A stretch of 64,000 nucleotides of DNA from an uncultured Acidobacteriota bacterium (GCA_963809485.1 CAWEJX010000016.1:1-64000), one strand, 5' to 3'; positions 11,581 through 22,294 are shown, numbered from the stretch's first letter. The notes: generated by a model not told the origin, from the sequence alone. Translations and numbers: made by a program.

Positions 11581-14274
11581 TCACTTTACCGGCGCCCGTT
11601 GCTTCAGCTCTTCTGTCCAGTTCAGGACGATGTTGATTCGGCGGGGGCCGGCGGCCGCAGACCTAGCCGGCGGAGGCTCCTTCATCATCAGGAATCGCTT
11701 GCCGTCCGGGCTGATGTCCCATGGGGTCCCCCCTCCTACTGTTGATCCCACACAGGTGCTTCGAAAAAGGCTTTTGGGGGTGCCGAAGCTAAGCGTTGGC
11801 TCTGTCTCCACTGATACGACCATCACAGAATTGTCGTCAGTGAGATAAAACAATTCCCGACCATCCGGCGACCACAGCGGACTGCTTCCACCACTCGTAG
11901 AGACTTGCCACTTGCCCGTATCCACCTCCGGAAACGGACGCACATAGACCTCACCGCGGCTTGACTCGTTTGAAGTATATGCCATCCATCGACCATCCGG
12001 CGAGAGCTTCGCCTGCATTTCTGTGGCACTTTCATGCAACAGCGGCTTTCGTGCGCGATCTCCTTCGATCGAAAGAGTTCCTATATCCCATTTTGAGCTC
12101 CCGTCCGTTTCCTGCGTAACCAAAGTTTTCCCATCCCGTGACCATGACCATGGCATAAGTATGAGCTCCGGCGCAGAAGCAAGCCGTTCAATCCCTCCCG
12201 TGCCATCCGCTGCCTTCCAGCAGACATCATTGGGCACGGAGTTGCCGGACATAAAAACGATTCGCTTGCCATCGGGAGTCCAAATGGACTGTAATTCGGG
12301 CTTTTCGTCAAAAGTCAGTCGGGTCAGAGTTTTTCGAGTCAAGTCCCAGACCCAAATGTCCACATTAGCTCCGCCAACGGTCACGGCCACTTTCATTCCG
12401 TCCGGAGAAATCTTGGGATACATGTAGCTGTTGGGCGGAGCTCCGAGCGGCTCTTCCTTCCCATCCCGGTCTACCCATACCAGAGTGCGTGCGGCCGCAG
12501 AGCCAGCCGCTGTTCCAGGTATATAAGCCAACGTCCCCGAGTCCGATATCGCATACTGCAGCACGCCCCCGGCACTAAAAACGCCTTCGACTACAGGAAC
12601 AGGTCCACCGGCAACCCTAAGCTGGTCAGGATCAAATGGGACGGCGAAAAGATTATTGTTATTTGCCAATTGATAGACCACATGTCCGGTCGGGAGATAC
12701 CGCGCAATAACTCCAGCGAATAGCTCCTTTGGCTCTCCCGATTCCAGCGGCTTCGCCATAATCCTCATCCGGCTGGCAACTATAGCAGCGGCGTCGGTGT
12801 ATAGCATCGATTTCCCATCCGGCAGGATTTGCGGGAAGAGGAGAGCCGCGGACTTTGCCTTTATGACTGATGCCGGAGTTCCCCCATCAGCAGAAACTCG
12901 CATAATCCCATTGGCAACGGAGAGGGCAGCATATAGAATCGTGTCATCCGCAGCCCAACTCGCACCCGCCAATGATGGGCTATCAAACAGAGTTATCGGT
13001 GCGCCTCCGTTGATAGATATTTTCTTTACCTTCTGGTCGCTTACAGAAAGGTAACCGATCCACTTGCCATTGGGCGAGTAGAATGGTTGGGCCGTAGGTC
13101 CCTCCGTGCCGGTAATAAGTCTGGCGGTCAATTCGTCCACGGAGCGCGAATAGAGCCCATTTGTTGTGCTATAGACTAATTGCCTCCCATCTGGGGAAAT
13201 GGCAAGAACGGGCAGCAAAGGAGAGGTGAATTGCTGATCATCAGGCAGGTCGTGATAGAAACGCATTATACGGGGCTGTTCAGGCGCTCTTAGCTTCCAT
13301 ACAACCGCTCCGGCGATGATAGCAGTCAAAATAACTGCGGCCGCAATCCACGGCAGCATGGTTCCCATCCTCGTCCGGGGCCGCGCTGCCGGGATCGGCG
13401 GAACCAAAACGCCACTGGGATCCGTTAAAATCCTCTGAATATCAGCCTTTACGTCGGAGATGTCATGGTATCGGTCTTTGGCATCCTTCTTCAGACAGCG
13501 TTCCAGCACCTCCCGTAGCCGCCAATGCAGGTTGCCTGGGAGGCTGTTCCATTCGGGCTCCGAACGGATTACGGCTGCAAGAATGTCTGTTACATCCTTG
13601 CCGGAGAATGCGGCACGTCCCGTCAGCATCTCGAACAGCACGCAGCCGAACGCCCAAATGTCGGCCCTCTTGTCCACGGCCTTCCCGCGCGCCTGCTCCG
13701 GCGACATGTATGCCGCCGTGCCGAGAATCACGCCTTGCTGTGTGGCTGCGTCGCTCAGCGTAGGGGAATTCGAAAGGTTCACCTCTTCCCTGCCCCCCGC
13801 ATACGCCTTTGCCAACCCGAAATCCAGCACCTTCACTTTTCCATCGGGCGTTACTTTAATATTGGAAGGTTTCAAATCCCTGTGAATGATGCCTTTCTCG
13901 TGGGCGGCTTCAAGGGCTTCGGCGATCTGGAGGGCTAATTTCAAAGATTCTTCAACCGGGACCGGACCAGTCTTTATCCGATCTGCAAGCGTCTCGCCCT
14001 CAACAAGCTCAAGGACAAGGAAGTTTGTTCCCTCGGATACCTCCAGCCCGTAGATGGCGGCGATGTTGGGATGGTTGAGAGAAGCCAGCAACTTTGCTTC
14101 CCGCTGGAACCGGACAACCCGATCCGCGTCCTTGGCGAACTCTTCGGGCAGGACTTTGATCGCCACCTCCCTGCCGAGCTTGTGGTCCTTCCCTTTAAAG
14201 ACTTCTCCCATTCCCCCGCGGCCTATGGGAGCCGTGATTTCGTAATGTGCGAGTGTTTTCCCGATCATGGACAT
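11581..14274 (-). CDS. Hanks-type Ser/Thr kinase - TM - TolB/PD40 beta-propeller receptor (copy 1)
   Basis: GRGGMGEV, VAIK, HRDLKPSN, DFGLAK, YMSPEQ; TM at about aa 310; repeated SPDG motifs. Confidence 0.93.
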   Translation of the reverse strand: MSMIGKTLAHYEITAPIGRGGMGEVFKGKDHKLGREVAIKVLPEEFAKDADRVVRFQREAKLLASLNHPNIAAIYGLEVSEGTNFLVLELVEGETLADRIKTGPVPVEESLKLALQIAEALEAAHEKGIIHRDLKPSNIKVTPDGKVKVLDFGLAKAYAGGREEVNLSNSPTLSDAATQQGVILGTAAYMSPEQARGKAVDKRADIWAFGCVLFEMLTGRAAFSGKDVTDILAAVIRSEPEWNSLPGNLHWRLREVLERCLKKDAKDRYHDISDVKADIQRILTDPSGVLVPPIPAARPRTRMGTMLPWIAAAVILTAIIAGAVVWKLRAPEQPRIMRFYHDLPDDQQFTSPLLPVLAISPDGRQLVYSTTNGLYSRSVDELTARLITGTEGPTAQPFYSPNGKWIGYLSVSDQKVKKISINGGAPITLFDSPSLAGASWAADDTILYAALSVANGIMRVSADGGTPASVIKAKSAALLFPQILPDGKSMLYTDAAAIVASRMRIMAKPLESGEPKELFAGVIARYLPTGHVVYQLANNNNLFAVPFDPDQLRVAGGPVPVVEGVFSAGGVLQYAISDSGTLAYIPGTAAGSAAARTLVWVDRDGKEEPLGAPPNSYMYPKISPDGMKVAVTVGGANVDIWVWDLTRKTLTRLTFDEKPELQSIWTPDGKRIVFMSGNSVPNDVCWKAADGTGGIERLASAPELILMPWSWSRDGKTLVTQETDGSSKWDIGTLSIEGDRARKPLLHESATEMQAKLSPDGRWMAYTSNESSRGEVYVRPFPEVDTGKWQVSTSGGSSPLWSPDGRELFYLTDDNSVMVVSVETEPTLSFGTPKSLFRSTCVGSTVGGGTPWDISPDGKRFLMMKEPPPARSAAAGPRRINIVLNWTEELKQRAPVK

Positions 14275-14374
14275 TGCATCCTCTCCCGGAAAATCTGGCT
14301 GTTATGCTGCTTGTCGATCTGTTAGCTCATTATAGGGGTGATGAGGCAAATGGATGAAGAAAAATTGACGGGAA

Positions 14375-14417
14375 GCACACCCAGCAGGATTCGAATCTGC
14401 GACCCTCTGCTTGGAAG
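14375..14417 (-). other. degenerate copy of the 3' half of tRNA-Arg(UCU); putative att junction of the island
   Basis: 38/43 identity to 28192-28234; all mismatches are transitions. Confidence 0.8.
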
Positions 14418-14440
14418 TCGGGACAAAGCAAAGACTGAGT

Positions 14441-14678
14441 CAGGCACCTCCGGCAAAGCCGGAGGCTTGAAAGATTGGAACCGCTCAAAGCAGTTGGCGG
14501 AGTTACGCCGATCCTGAACGCAGACGCACGCTGAACGGACGCCGACCCACGCCGAAAAAATTTTTTATATTTTTTCAGCGTATGTCAGCGTCATGTCAGC
14601 GTACCTCAGCGTTTCAAAATACGGAGCTGTCAAAATCTTTGAGTCCCCCGGCAGAGCCCGGGTTTACCAATGTAATTA
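14441..14678. mobile_element. non-autonomous IS200/IS605-like element (copy A)
   Basis: terminal hairpins CCTCCGGC-AAA-GCCGGAGG and CCCCCGGCAGAGCCCGGG; second hairpin AACCGCTCAAAGCAGTT; no tnpA; near-identical ends at 48307 and 52947. Confidence 0.65.
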
Positions 14679-14811
14679 TTTGCTTTCTTGAATCAATCCT
14701 CAGAAGAAGCCTACGCAGCAATTTCCGCTATTTCCAGATTTTTCCCATCTCGTCCGATGCGACCGGGCACAGTGCCGGGCGCAATAGGATTTTGGATCGG
14801 AGCCTTTCAGG

Positions 14812-15054
14812 TTAGCCGCACGCCTTTACCCTGTCGTGAAGAAATTCGGGAGCGAGATCGGCGCCCGTAGGCCAAACGATTGTGTGCAGCTCCGGGTGCA
14901 GCACGAACGAGCGAAAAACTTCCATATCGCGCAGAGGCTCGAAGACTTCCCCATCGAGCTCGTCCGCCAAATCGACTTCGCCCGCTACGCCGTCGCTGAA
15001 ACGCAGCCAGATTGCATAATCCCTGAGATAGGAGGCTTCAAGAATTCGATACAT
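14812..15054 (-). CDS. DUF2442 antitoxin (DhiA-like)
   Basis: LRFSDG..GEVDL..VFEPL..F..TIVWPTGADLAPEFL. Confidence 0.85.
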   Translation of the reverse strand: MYRILEASYLRDYAIWLRFSDGVAGEVDLADELDGEVFEPLRDMEVFRSFVLHPELHTIVWPTGADLAPEFLHDRVKACG

Positions 15055-15059
15055 ACTGG

Positions 15060-15317
15060 TTACTCCAACGGAAGAATTCGCTTGAGAGGCTTACGGAGCC
15101 TTGCTAACTCCCAATTCTCGCGTAGCTCGTCCTGGTGCACCTGATACCACTCGAGAACGAGCCCAAGAGCTCGCCTCGGAAACTCCCCCCTCACCAGCCC
15201 ATCCTCGATTCCCACCGTGATTTCGTATTCGCCGTAGGTGGCGTGGAAATGCGGCGGTTGATGATCCCGGTACAAAATGGCGATCACAATTCCGAGAAAT
15301 CGACTGACTTCAGGCAT
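15060..15317 (-). CDS. DUF4160 toxin (DhiT-like)
   Basis: MPEVSRFLGIVI..DHQPPHFHA..ELRENWE..IxPLE. Confidence 0.88.
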   Translation of the reverse strand: MPEVSRFLGIVIAILYRDHQPPHFHATYGEYEITVGIEDGLVRGEFPRRALGLVLEWYQVHQDELRENWELARLRKPLKRILPLE

Positions 15318-15493
15318 GACTTATTCTAGCACTTCGTCGGTTTCTACGGGAGTTGAAACCGATTGCAGGAAAGGGCAGGGATCGCCCATAAAGCGGATTT
15401 ACAGGCTCGACACGAGCGCATTTCTTCTCGGAGACCCTGAGGAACGATGGAGGTCCTGGAAAAGATTGATTGAAACAATGTTTCCAAGCTATG

Positions 15494-15523
15494 GGGAAGC
15501 CGTTGCGGAATCTACGGCTTCCC
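15494..15523 (-). terminator. hairpin immediately after the stop codon of kinase copy 2
   Basis: 10-bp stem GGGAAGCCGT/ACGGCTTCCC; no clear U-tract. Confidence 0.4.
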
Positions 15524-15525
15524 GA

Positions 15526-18219
15526 TCACTTTACCGGAACCCTTTGCTTCAGTTCCTCAAACCAGTTCAGGACGATGTTGATTTTCTGTGGACCAGCCGC
15601 CGCCGCGGGAGCTGCGCCGGTAGAAACGGGCGGCTTCATCATCAGGAAACGCTTGCCGTCCGGGTGAATGTCCCACGGAGTGCCGTCCGGACCGGGGAGA
15701 GCACTGACATAGGTTCCCCGAAAAAGCATCTTGGGTGTGCCGACGATGTTGAAACTAGGTTCTGTTGTTACCGATACCGCCATAGCCGCGTCATTGCTCC
15801 GGAAGAACAACTCACGGCCGTCGGGCGACCACAGCGGACTGTCTCCGCCGCTCGTGGATACTTGCCAGCGCCCTTTGTTCACATCGGGAAACGAGCGCAC
15901 ATAAATCTCATGCCTCCCTGATTCAGTGGATGCATATGCGATCCATCGCCCATCAGGGGAGATCTTGGGCTGAAGCTCCAAATAGGGCTGCTGAAGCAGC
16001 GGTTGTCGTTCGTGGTCACCTTCCATTGACAAAATTCCGATGTCAAATGTCTGGCTGTCTTGCGTTTCCTGTCCGGCCAGGATTTTTCCATCACTGGACA
16101 GGGAAAATGGATTGAAGGTTCGGTCCAATTTCGCGTTGAGCGGCTCGTCCTGCCCGGTACCGTCAGCAGCTTTCCAATAGACGCCCAGATAACTTCCGCT
16201 GGCACGTCCGGAAGACCAAAAGACGATCCGCTTGCTGTCGCGGGTCCAAATGGGCGTTATGTTGTTACCTTCAAATGTGAGCCGCGTCAATGTCTTACGC
16301 ACCAGATCCCAAACCCAGATGTCGCCGCCTGATCCAAGTCCGACGGTCAGAGCCACTCTGGTCCCATCGGCAGAAATTGAGGGAAAGCGGTAATTATTCA
16401 GCGGGGCGGCAAGAGACTCTTCGTGACCCTTGTGATCCACCCACACCAGGGTGCGTCCCGAGGAAGCTGCGCTCTCGGAAGCTGCAGCGCCTGGTGCTTG
16501 CGGTATATAGACCAGTGTTCCCGCCTCGGAAACGGCAGCTTGCCGCAGATTTTCAACTATGGGAACCGGCCCCCCCTTTATCTCGAGCTTTTCAGAATCA
16601 AACCCGATGGCAAAGAGATTGTTGTTGTTTTGCAGTCTATAAATCAGGTGTCCGGGTGGGAGATATGTGGCGCTGTTACCCGCAAACAATTCCTTCGGCT
16701 CTCCCGACTGGGGCGACTGCACCATAATCCTGCTTTGAGTGAGGCTGGCGAAGGAAGAAAAGAGCACCGTTTTCCCATCCGGCAGAATTTGCGGCATGGC
16801 GTGAATCTCGGACTTAGGTTTTGTTATGGCTTCCGGAGTCCCCCCGTTGGCAGAAATCCGCATGATGCCGCTACCGGGGAGCTGACCATATACAATAGAG
16901 TTATCTCTGTTCCACCATGCACCAGCAAGCTGCATGCTTCCGCACAAGGTCACCGGAGCACCTCCGTTGATGGCGATCTTCTTCAACTGTCTGTCGGTTA
17001 CCGAAAAATACCCGATCCATTTACCGTCGGGCGAAAAGAAAGGCTGCTGGGTGCTCCCTTCGGTCCCGGCAATGAGCTTGGCGGTCAATTCGTCGACGGA
17101 GCGTATGTAAAGACCATTGGTTGTGCTGTAGACGAATTGCCTGCCATCAGGCGAAACAGCCAGCACAGGCAAAAGAAGGTTACTGAATTGCTGGCCGTCG
17201 GGCAGTTCGCATTCAAAACGCATGACCTGGCGCGGTTCGGAAGGCTTCATTTTCCACGCGATGAATCCAGCGATGATGATGCCGAGGACCGCTACTGCCC
17301 ACGGCAAAGCCGTCCGCACCATTGACCGGCGAGCTATTGTGGCAGCCGGCTGCGCTGACACTCCGCTGGCATCCGTCATAACTCGCTGAAGATCCACTCT
17401 CACGTCCGAGATGTCGTGATAGCGATCTTTCAGTTCTTTCTTCAGACAGCGTTCCAGCACCTCGCGCAACCGCCAATGCAGGTTTGCGGGAAGGCGGATC
17501 CACTCCGGTTCCGAGCGGATCACGGCCGCAAGAATGTCGGTTACGTCCTTGCCGGAGAATGCGGCGTGTCCCGTCAGCATCTCGAACAGAACGCAGCCGA
17601 AGGCCCAGATGTCGGCCCTCTTGTCCACGGCCTTCCCGCGCGCCTGCTCCGGCGACATGTACGCCGCCGTGCCGAGAATCACACCTTGCTGGGTGGCTGC
17701 GTCGCTCAGCGTAGGGGAATTGGAAAGATTCACCTCTTCCCTGTCCCCGGCATATGCCTTTGCCAGCCCAAAATCCAGCACCTTCACTTTTCCATCGGGC
17801 GTTACTTTAATATTGGAAGGTTTTAAATCCCGATGGATGATGCCTTTGTCATGCGCGGCTTCGAGGGCTTCGGCGATCTGGAGGGCAAGTTGCAGGGATT
17901 CCTCGACAGGGATCGGACCGGCTTTGATCCGATCCGCCAGCGTTTCGCCTTCCACCAGTTCCAGGACAAGGAAGTTGGTGCCGCCGGATTCCTCCAGCCC
18001 GTAGATGGCGGCGATGTTGGGATGGTTGAGAGAAGCCAGCAATTTGGCTTCCCTCTGGAACCGGGCAACCCGATCCGCATCTCTGGCGAACTCCTCGGGC
18101 AAGACCTTGATCGCCACATCCCTGCCGAGCCTATGGTCCTTCGCTTTAAGGACTTCCCCCATGCCCCCGCGGCCTATGGGGGCTGTGATTTCGTAATGCG
18201 CGAGTATTTTCCCGATCAT
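15526..18219 (-). CDS. Hanks-type Ser/Thr kinase - TM - TolB/PD40 beta-propeller receptor (copy 2)
   Basis: same motifs as copy 1; GGAGG SD before ATG 18219. Confidence 0.93.
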   Translation of the reverse strand: MIGKILAHYEITAPIGRGGMGEVLKAKDHRLGRDVAIKVLPEEFARDADRVARFQREAKLLASLNHPNIAAIYGLEESGGTNFLVLELVEGETLADRIKAGPIPVEESLQLALQIAEALEAAHDKGIIHRDLKPSNIKVTPDGKVKVLDFGLAKAYAGDREEVNLSNSPTLSDAATQQGVILGTAAYMSPEQARGKAVDKRADIWAFGCVLFEMLTGHAAFSGKDVTDILAAVIRSEPEWIRLPANLHWRLREVLERCLKKELKDRYHDISDVRVDLQRVMTDASGVSAQPAATIARRSMVRTALPWAVAVLGIIIAGFIAWKMKPSEPRQVMRFECELPDGQQFSNLLLPVLAVSPDGRQFVYSTTNGLYIRSVDELTAKLIAGTEGSTQQPFFSPDGKWIGYFSVTDRQLKKIAINGGAPVTLCGSMQLAGAWWNRDNSIVYGQLPGSGIMRISANGGTPEAITKPKSEIHAMPQILPDGKTVLFSSFASLTQSRIMVQSPQSGEPKELFAGNSATYLPPGHLIYRLQNNNNLFAIGFDSEKLEIKGGPVPIVENLRQAAVSEAGTLVYIPQAPGAAASESAASSGRTLVWVDHKGHEESLAAPLNNYRFPSISADGTRVALTVGLGSGGDIWVWDLVRKTLTRLTFEGNNITPIWTRDSKRIVFWSSGRASGSYLGVYWKAADGTGQDEPLNAKLDRTFNPFSLSSDGKILAGQETQDSQTFDIGILSMEGDHERQPLLQQPYLELQPKISPDGRWIAYASTESGRHEIYVRSFPDVNKGRWQVSTSGGDSPLWSPDGRELFFRSNDAAMAVSVTTEPSFNIVGTPKMLFRGTYVSALPGPDGTPWDIHPDGKRFLMMKPPVSTGAAPAAAAGPQKINIVLNWFEELKQRVPVK

Positions 18220-18337
18220 GAGGAATCCTCCACGTCGACAGCCGGCGCGATGCAATATGAGCAGATAAAAAAGGTGGGGCTATTTTAGCTGAATTGGATC
18301 TGGTTTGACAGGGGAATGGAAGACGAGCCAATTTGGA

Positions 18338-18772
18338 CTACGCCGCGTCTCGAACGTCCACAGTCATTCGTTTTCCCAAGGCAGCCAGTGCGCCCTGGAT
18401 TTTTTCCGCTTTGGTTGCATGCTGAGGATCGAGCATTCGCCGAATCACGCGCTCATGGACGCCAAGGCGCCGAGCCAGTTCGGAATTACTGATCCGCTGA
18501 TCCCGCATTGCCAGATGGAGCGCCAGTTTCGGCGCCAGCCAAAGAGGAACGGGAACCAGACGACAGCCGCGTCTGACGAGGGAGGGAACTGGGATATCCT
18601 CCCGGCGGCTCAGGCGGATGGAAAGATCAGAACCCAGTGCATCGATCGCCTCTTCCATGGCCTCACGCTCATCAGCGCCGTCAGTCGCGACGCGCGGAAG
18701 GTCGATGAACTCCACCAGGATGCGGCCATCGCGGCCGGCAGTAAATCTCGCGGGATATGCCAACGCAGACAT
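18338..18772 (-). CDS. hicB: HicB-family antitoxin with C-terminal HTH (no HicA partner seen)
   Basis: YPARF..VEFIDLP..TDG..EA..EAIDAL..IPVPS..SELARRLG..RRMLDP.HATK. Confidence 0.8.
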   Translation of the reverse strand: MSALAYPARFTAGRDGRILVEFIDLPRVATDGADEREAMEEAIDALGSDLSIRLSRREDIPVPSLVRRGCRLVPVPLWLAPKLALHLAMRDQRISNSELARRLGVHERVIRRMLDPQHATKAEKIQGALAALGKRMTVDVRDAA

Positions 18773-18789
18773 CCGGATCACCTCACAGT

Positions 18790-19010
18790 TCATGCCTGCC
18801 ATTTTCGGACATTCGATCTGTCACGGCGAGCCGATTTTCCGCGGCACTCGTATTCTGGTGGCCGACGTGCTGGAACAGGTGGCCACCGGAATGGCGTGGG
18901 AGGCTATTGTTGATGAATGGCGCGGAACGGTAACCAAGGAGGCGATAGCCGAGGCAGGCCGCTTGGGGTGCGCAAGCTTGCCTGCGCTTTGGATCGAGTC
19001 CCGAGCTTAG
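18790..19010 (+). pseudogene. DUF433 antitoxin fragment
   Basis: ICHGEPIFRGTRILVADVLEQVATGM motif without a proper N-terminus. Confidence 0.6.
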
Positions 19011-19089
19011 GGTCCGCGCCAAAATGTTGTTTCTGCGCGGGTCCTAATCAGCTGCGGCACCCCAAAGCACTTTGCGTTTGGCCGTTCTT

Positions 19090-20673
19090 CTATTGGCCGC
19101 GGCTTTTCTTTGCCTGCTCTCTGCGCCAGGAGTAGTAGTCGTCGAATGCCTTCAGCTTTTCCAGGTTTGGTATCGGTCTGGCGATTGCAGTATCATCGAA
19201 GAACATCACCTCCTGATTTTTTTCGGTAAAGACAGGCCACAGCGGCAATCCAGATCCGTTGGGATTTCCTGTTCTGGCGAAGTTGATCCAATAGGTGCGA
19301 ATTACGTCTGACAGCGTAAGATCCTCCGGTCTGGGTGCACCTCCGGAGCCGCTGAAATTCCCGAACACATACGGGATCTCTGCTCCATGGTTTGCCCCGT
19401 CCGGCGAGGCGGGCGTGCGATGGTCGAAGTAGTATACGAATGCCTTCCCTTTACCTTTCTGGGACTGCATCCGTGCCCAGGCCCAAGTGGGCCAGGCAAA
19501 AGCAGATTCGCGGAAGACATCCGCAGATGCCCGGGCCGCTTCCGCATCGGTCGCATGCGGGTACGCCTTCAAAAGAACGTCGGCTCTTTCGCCGTAGCCT
19601 GACCGAATCTGCTTCTCGAACGAGGCCGGCGTTGAGGGCCCGCGCTTGAACAATCCGCCTTCATTGGAATTTGTACCGACGAGGATAGGGGTATCATTGA
19701 AACGGCCGTTTTCGTATAGCTCGTACGGATCTCCGGGCAAAACATTTCCATCGGCAACCGGCCAAAAGCCGGCGCCTCCTCCCATTCCGCCGCCTGCAGA
19801 TTTCTGTACCTGTTCGGCAAGCAACGCCCGCGCAGCCTTGATGTCGGCGGCTCCAAGTTTCTTCAGGAAGCTTTCACCGTTTGACTCCGCGAGCTTCAAT
19901 GTCGCGACATTCTGGCCCGCCTCATTCGAAATACGTGGCGGTGCAAACGAGCCGCCGCTTTCCGAAATTGCGCGTTGGAAAAGTCCCTTGGCCTGAGGGG
20001 CCGCCGAAAGCATTCCGACGGCAATCCCTCCTGCGGACTCCCCGAAAATCGTCACACATGAAGGATCGCCCCCGAATTGTGCAATATTGTTCTTCACCCA
20101 CTGAAGGCCGGCGATCATGTCCTGAATTCCGTACGTTCCCGATCCTTTGCCGCTTTCGCGACTCAGTTCCGGGTGCGCCATGAACCCCAAGACACCGAGG
20201 CGATAGGCAATGCTTACCAGTACCACACCTTTCTGTGCGAGTTTCGTTCCATCGAACATCGGAGTGCCCGTCATCCCGCCGACGAATGCGCCGCCGTGAA
20301 TCCAGACCATAACCGGCCGTTTTTCTGCTGCATTTTGGGCAGCCGTCCATACGTTCAAGTACAAACAGTCTTCGGAAACACTCCCCGCAGCCCCCCCCAT
20401 CTTGACCATACTTAAGTCCTGCATGCAGCCGGGTGCGTAGGTATCGGCTTTTCGTATGCCCGTCCATGGTTTCGCAGGCTGCGGAGCCTTCCAGCGCAGA
20501 TCGCCCACCGGAGGTGCGGCAAACGGAACACCCTTAAACGAAGCCACTCCGTCGGCAACAACGCCCTGCAATTCGCCGCCACTCGATCGTACACTCTGTT
20601 TCTGCGAAAGCGCAAAAGGCACAAATGCGAATATGGCTGCTAAAGCAAACCCAGGAACCAAACTTTTTCTCAC
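19090..20673 (-). CDS. secreted type-B carboxylesterase
   Basis: signal peptide, FKGVPFAAPPVGDLRW, SEDCLYLNVW, HGGAF, GESAG nucleophile, HGAEIPYVF. Confidence 0.92.
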   Translation of the reverse strand: MRKSLVPGFALAAIFAFVPFALSQKQSVRSSGGELQGVVADGVASFKGVPFAAPPVGDLRWKAPQPAKPWTGIRKADTYAPGCMQDLSMVKMGGAAGSVSEDCLYLNVWTAAQNAAEKRPVMVWIHGGAFVGGMTGTPMFDGTKLAQKGVVLVSIAYRLGVLGFMAHPELSRESGKGSGTYGIQDMIAGLQWVKNNIAQFGGDPSCVTIFGESAGGIAVGMLSAAPQAKGLFQRAISESGGSFAPPRISNEAGQNVATLKLAESNGESFLKKLGAADIKAARALLAEQVQKSAGGGMGGGAGFWPVADGNVLPGDPYELYENGRFNDTPILVGTNSNEGGLFKRGPSTPASFEKQIRSGYGERADVLLKAYPHATDAEAARASADVFRESAFAWPTWAWARMQSQKGKGKAFVYYFDHRTPASPDGANHGAEIPYVFGNFSGSGGAPRPEDLTLSDVIRTYWINFARTGNPNGSGLPLWPVFTEKNQEVMFFDDTAIARPIPNLEKLKAFDDYYSWRREQAKKSRGQ

Positions 20674-21112
20674 GGTTGCCTCCCTTCAATTTAGAAACTC
20701 AGGTTGGGGTCGGTGCTTACGCTAAAGACTAAAACCAAACGCAGCTCCTCATCAAGCACCTTCCTGGTCACGATAGTAAACTCGAGAACCTAATGTACGG
20801 ACATACACCAGTCCCGTGGGACTTCTCCCTCGCGGGCCGTATTATAGCTAATTTACCGGAATACCAAGGATAGAGTCTATATCTATGACTTCTTTGCGTT
20901 TTGCATAGAAGTTTTTCTTCCCTTTTAGAATCAAGCACTTTGGCGCTTATATTTGGAAGCTGAGCGCTGAAAGCTGACAGCTGAACGCTTCCGGGTATAG
21001 AATTCGTATTTCCCAAAAAACGCCACGAATTTCCCGGATTGAGTTCCTGAAATTCGTGGCGACCTGAAATCGGTTGCAACCAAGGCAAATTATCCTCATC
21101 CGCCTTGGCTCC

Positions 21113-21991
21113 CTACTCCCAGCCGGATCCTTTATCCGATGGCATGTAGCGGATAAATGCTTCGACTGCGTGGATCACGCCGCCATATATCTTGAATTCC
21201 TCCCACACGACTAGTGTTTTGCCCGGTCCATAGGACTTTGTTTCGCCAAAATCCAGGCGCATCAAAACGATTCCCATCTCCTCATCCACGGCTCTGACGC
21301 GGTAGCTGAGTCCAGGATGTTGCATGTTCTTCTGGGTCTTTATATTCTCGCATGCCGTAAGTATGCAGCCGGCGCCGGCTGTAATTGCGCCGTTCTCCAT
21401 GCGGTCCGCGTTGGAGGCGAACGGCACATCAACCGCAACGAAGCTTCCGACCTTCAGGCCGGCGGGATAGGTTTCTGCTATTTTAACCATTTCCTCGCGC
21501 GAGACGCGTTGACCCCGTTCCGGCACAAATGACCATTCTTTTCTCCGTTCCTTCAGCGCATCCGGGCTAAAGAATGCACCCTCCTTCTTATTGCGCACGG
21601 TCATCGTTTCGACTTCGGTGATTTGTTTATTGAGAATTTTCAGCCTCAACTGCAGAAGCACTGGCGACCCTGCTTCCTCAACCACGACTTTAGTAGCGGC
21701 GACGCCTTGACGAACGTCCAGAACATCACGGCGGGGTGGACGAATAGCGGACACGCTCTTCCAAAGCCCTTCGCCCAGCTTCATTGATTCCGAATCTTCT
21801 GTGAACTTCAAATCGGCGGAACGTGGCAAGAGGCCTGGATTGTGCGCCAACATGGCATCCAGGTATTTCGAAATGAAGCCGCCCAGGCATTCCCGGTTAC
21901 AGCGCGTATCTGCTGCCGGGGAAATAGCGAGCGTGATAGCCAAAACGTCCACGAAAAACAAAGCTAAAAACCGGAATTTGATTTTTCGCAT
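21113..21991 (-). CDS. secreted hypothetical protein
   Basis: signal peptide then CNRECL..YLDAM; two-domain appearance (RMENG, EEFKIYGG..AVEA). Confidence 0.75.
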   Translation of the reverse strand: MRKIKFRFLALFFVDVLAITLAISPAADTRCNRECLGGFISKYLDAMLAHNPGLLPRSADLKFTEDSESMKLGEGLWKSVSAIRPPRRDVLDVRQGVAATKVVVEEAGSPVLLQLRLKILNKQITEVETMTVRNKKEGAFFSPDALKERRKEWSFVPERGQRVSREEMVKIAETYPAGLKVGSFVAVDVPFASNADRMENGAITAGAGCILTACENIKTQKNMQHPGLSYRVRAVDEEMGIVLMRLDFGETKSYGPGKTLVVWEEFKIYGGVIHAVEAFIRYMPSDKGSGWE

Positions 21992-22294
21992 ATTCTAATT
22001 CCCTCTGGATATGCATTTTGCTGCAATCCGTACTTTTCGAATATACAGCAGTCCGTCCAATTTCCATGCTTGAATTAAACTGCCTGCAAGCACTACCACG
22101 GTTTTATAGGGTTGGGGCACAGCGGGCGGACGGCTGCGGCCCGGAAAGGCGCGTCCCGTGGCCTTTACTGAATCTGGTGCCATGCCTTTTTCGACCTGCC
22201 TTGCATTCCCAGTGAGATAGTGGCCTGATGGGAGAATTGCCCGCCCCGGGACTTGGAAGCTTTCCGGGGCGGCGACAGTACGGCTGGGGTAGGT

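Noticed and set aside
14375-14417. Second functional tRNA
   Set aside because: Only the 3' half is present, with no D-arm, 5' acceptor strand or CCA.
14441-14678. CRISPR array
   Set aside because: Motifs are 7-bp, irregularly spaced and inverted; there are no 25-45 bp repeats with unique spacers and no cas genes.
11581-18219. Diversity-generating retroelement template/variable repeat between the kinase genes
   Set aside because: No reverse transcriptase in the window; differences are not adenine-specific, and the similarity covers the N-terminal kinase domain.
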